Source: an uncultured Gemmatimonadales bacterium (GTDB taxonomy: Bacteria > Gemmatimonadota > Gemmatimonadetes > Gemmatimonadales > GWC2-71-9). From it: a DNA stretch of 64,000 nucleotides. Below the pieces are notes generated by a model, which saw only the letters and a list, made by a program, of their open reading frames with translations, made no database searches and was not told the DNA's origin. Shown one piece after another: positions 61,515-64,000 of the stretch (position 1 is its first letter; each line of letters begins with the position of its first letter). The DNA lies in the NCBI GenBank assembly GCA_963730185.1, contig CAVSQW010000015.1, forward strand, positions 320,001-384,000. The letters are read 5' to 3'. The position numbers were made by a program, and so were the translations under genes.

Positions 61515-62666
61515 ATGCCCATCGATCGTGACTACTGCCTCGACACCCTGACCCAACTGGTCCGGATCAACTCCATCAACCCGACCCTGGTGCCGGGCGC
61601 GCCCGGCGAAGGGGAGATCGCCGACTACGTCGCGGCCAATCTGAGCCGGCTGGGCCTCGAGGTCGAGCGCCACGAGCCGGTGCCGGGGCGGGTGAGCGTG
61701 ACGGGCCGGCTTCGGGGAACGGGTGGCGGCAAGAGCCTGATGCTCAACGGGCACCACGACACGGTCGGCGTCGAGGGGATGGCGGCGCCGTTCTCGGCGG
61801 CGGTGCGGGAGGGGCGCCTGTACGGGCGAGGCGCGTTCGACATGAAAGGCGCCGTGGCGGCCTGCATGACGGCCCTCGAGGCGTTGGCCCGCTCGCCGGA
61901 GCGGCTCCGCGGCGACGTGATCGTGGCCGCCGTGGCCGACGAGGAGTACGGCAGCGTCGGCACCGCCGATCTCGCCGCCCGGGTCCGGGTCGACGGCGCC
62001 ATCGTGACCGAACCGACCTCGCTTCGGATCTGCCTCGCCCACAAGGGGTATCTCTGGGTCGAGGTCGAGGTCGTGGGCCGGGCCGCGCACGGCAGTCGAT
62101 TCGACGAGGGCATCGACGCCAATCTTCGGATGGGCCGGTTCCTGGGGCGGCTCGAGGGCCTGGAGCGGGCGCTCCGGGCGCGGACGCCGCACCCGCTGGT
62201 CGGCCCGCCCTCGCTGCACGCGGCCGTGCTCGCCGGCGGGAGCGGCCTCAGCACCTACGCGGCCCGCGCCACCCTGCAGATCGAGCGCCGGAGCGTTCCG
62301 GGCGAGACCGAGGCCGGGGTGATGGCCGAGATCGAGGCGCTCCTGGCCGACCTCCGCGCCGAGGATCCCGAGCTCGAGATCTCGGCCAAGTCGTTCTTCG
62401 TCCGGGATCCGTTCGAGGTGGCGCCGACGGCGGGGATCGTCCAGGCGCTCGACGGCGCCGCGACGAAGGTCCTCGGCGCGGCACCCGAGCGGGTGGGTGA
62501 CACCCCCTGGATGGACGCCGCCCTGCTCGCGGCCGCCGGGGTCGAGACGGTGGTGTTCGGGCCCCACGGCACGGGCGCCCATGCCGACACCGAGTGGGTG
62601 GATCTGGAAAGCGTGTACCGGACCGCGGCGGTGCTGGAGGAGACTGCTCGGGCCTACTGCGCGTGA
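61515..62666 (+). CDS. ArgE/DapE family deacylase (M20)
   Basis: LNGHHDTV, GRGAFDMKG, ADEE, TEPT, AAHGS, GAHADTE. Confidence 0.92.
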   Translation: MPIDRDYCLDTLTQLVRINSINPTLVPGAPGEGEIADYVAANLSRLGLEVERHEPVPGRVSVTGRLRGTGGGKSLMLNGHHDTVGVEGMAAPFSAAVREGRLYGRGAFDMKGAVAACMTALEALARSPERLRGDVIVAAVADEEYGSVGTADLAARVRVDGAIVTEPTSLRICLAHKGYLWVEVEVVGRAAHGSRFDEGIDANLRMGRFLGRLEGLERALRARTPHPLVGPPSLHAAVLAGGSGLSTYAARATLQIERRSVPGETEAGVMAEIEALLADLRAEDPELEISAKSFFVRDPFEVAPTAGIVQALDGAATKVLGAAPERVGDTPWMDAALLAAAGVETVVFGPHGTGAHADTEWVDLESVYRTAAVLEETARAYCA

Positions 62667-62801
62667 GTCCCGGGGCTCTCCTCCGAGCCGCCGCGCCGGA
62701 TGCCGTCGCACGGGAGCGCGGGACGCTGTCGCCCGGGGTTGTGGGCAGGTAGCGTCGCGCCGTCGGCCACCCCATATTGAAGGGTCCGCATTGCATACCG
62801 A

Positions 62802-62813
62802 GTTGTATCCAAC
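62802..62813. promoter_or_regulatory. GTTGTATCCAAC, one-mismatch copy of the operator (second degenerate copy ATTGCATACCGA at 62790-62801)
   Basis: Immediately upstream of the AGGAG SD and ATG 62827. Confidence 0.55.
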
Positions 62814-62826
62814 ATAGGAGCATGGC

Positions 62827-64000
62827 ATGAAGGTCGTCTGGCCGGTCCTTCCGGCCCTTCTGCTCGTGCCCGTGGCCCTCCCGGCCCAGGCACCGGCGAT
62901 CGCGTTCCGGGGCGCGACCATTCACACCGCCGCCGGGGCGCCGATCAGCCGAGGCACGATCGTGGTGCAGGGGGGCAAGATCGTGGCGATCGGGACCAAC
63001 GTCTCCATCCCGGCGGGAGCCAAGGTGGTGGACCTGACCGGCAAGGAAATCGTGCCGGGATTCATCGACAACCATTCGCACATCGGGGCCCGGTCCACGG
63101 ACCTCAACGACCACCCGATGGTGATCGGGCCCCAGCACCGGTTCATCGACGCGCTCGATCTCGACGACCCCGACTTCAAGGACGCGGTGTCGGGCGGGGT
63201 GACCACGATCGTGACCGGGCCGGGCAGCGGCGAGAACGTCAGCGGCATGGCCATCGTGATCAAGACCTTCGGCGACGATCTCGACACCCGGCTCCTGCTC
63301 GAGAAGGGCGGGATGAAGTTTGCGATGGGCGCCAAGTCGCGGGATCGCTATCCGACCACGACGATGGGCGTGGCGGCGAACCTCCGGCAGTACTTGATCA
63401 AGACCCAGGAGTACCTGGCCGCCAAGAAGAAGTGGGAAGACGGCGACCACAAGGCGGCGCCGCCCGCCCGCGATCTCGGCTACGAGGCCATGGCCGACGT
63501 GCTGGAGCACCGGACCTACGTCCGGGCCCACGTGCATTCGGCCACCGACGTGATGACCCTGCTCCGCCTCAAGGACGAGTTCGGCTTCGATCTGGCGCTG
63601 CACCATTCCACCGAGGCCTACAAGGTGGCATCCGAGGTGGCGAAGCGCGGGGTGTCGGCGGTGGTGCTGCCCCTCGGCGACCGGATCGGCATCACCGACG
63701 ACGCGATGCGGGGGCCCTACATCCTCTGGAAGGCCGGCGTCCTGATCGCGATGCACACCGACGCGCCGGTGATCAGCCAGAAGTGGCTCCGGCTCTGCGC
63801 GGCCCTCGCCATGCGCTACGGGATCCCGGACGAGGAGGCCCTCAAGACCATCACCATCAACGCCGCCCAGATCGCCCGGGTATCGGACCGGGTGGGGAGC
63901 CTGGTGATCGGCAAGGATGCCGACCTGGTGGTGTTCAACGGCCCGTGGTATGAGCCCAAGTCGCGGGTAGACATGGTCGTCGGTGACGGCCGGGTGATCT
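62827..64000 (+). CDS. Secreted amidohydrolase (imidazolonepropionase-like family), runs off window end
   Basis: Manual translation: signal peptide MKVVWPVLPALLL, PGFIDNHSH, GGVTT, HTDAP, TITINAAQI, GKDADLVV. Confidence 0.9.
   Translation, partial: MKVVWPVLPALLLVPVALPAQAPAIAFRGATIHTAAGAPISRGTIVVQGGKIVAIGTNVSIPAGAKVVDLTGKEIVPGFIDNHSHIGARSTDLNDHPMVIGPQHRFIDALDLDDPDFKDAVSGGVTTIVTGPGSGENVSGMAIVIKTFGDDLDTRLLLEKGGMKFAMGAKSRDRYPTTTMGVAANLRQYLIKTQEYLAAKKKWEDGDHKAAPPARDLGYEAMADVLEHRTYVRAHVHSATDVMTLLRLKDEFGFDLALHHSTEAYKVASEVAKRGVSAVVLPLGDRIGITDDAMRGPYILWKAGVLIAMHTDAPVISQKWLRLCAALAMRYGIPDEEALKTITINAAQIARVSDRVGSLVIGKDADLVVFNGPWYEPKSRVDMVVGDGRVI

Overview
High-GC (about 70% by eye) bacterial chromosome segment, most consistent with Gemmatimonadota (inference from SusC/SusD pairs, BlaI-M56 and MacAB-TolC types in a high-GC background). 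Left to right: a TolC/MacA/ATPase/multi-permease ABC export operon interrupted by an antisense four-helix-bundle gene bracketed by inverted G-rich decamer arrays; a degenerate creatininase and a large membrane histidine kinase; an HDOD/hybrid-kinase/PilZ module; an enteric/Vibrio-type aroF-trpEGD(CF)BA operon behind an unannotated WWWPW leader peptide and attenuator; secreted peptide and D-amino-acid hydrolases; a BlaI-M56 pair with a tandem operator; DedA plus a two-component pair; a stand-alone tRNA-Ala(UGC); a sigma54-type prepilin gene; a heptamer inverted-repeat hairpin; a complete kynurenine/3-hydroxyanthranilate tryptophan catabolic cluster with an atypical SDR; two tandem SusC/SusD pairs; and further amidohydrolases. 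Most notable: (1) a TGTATACA palindrome upstream of four dispersed hydrolase/uptake units (putative regulon), (2) inverted micro-repeat cassettes with and without a four-helix-bundle cargo, (3) the probably leaderless trp attenuator on an apparently horizontally acquired operon, (4) a candidate enzyme for the poorly defined 2-aminomuconate/oxalocrotonate reduction step. Three +1 frameshifts look like sequencing errors. No integrase, transposase, reverse transcriptase, CRISPR array or rRNA was seen. All protein assignments come from motif recognition by eye, not database searches.
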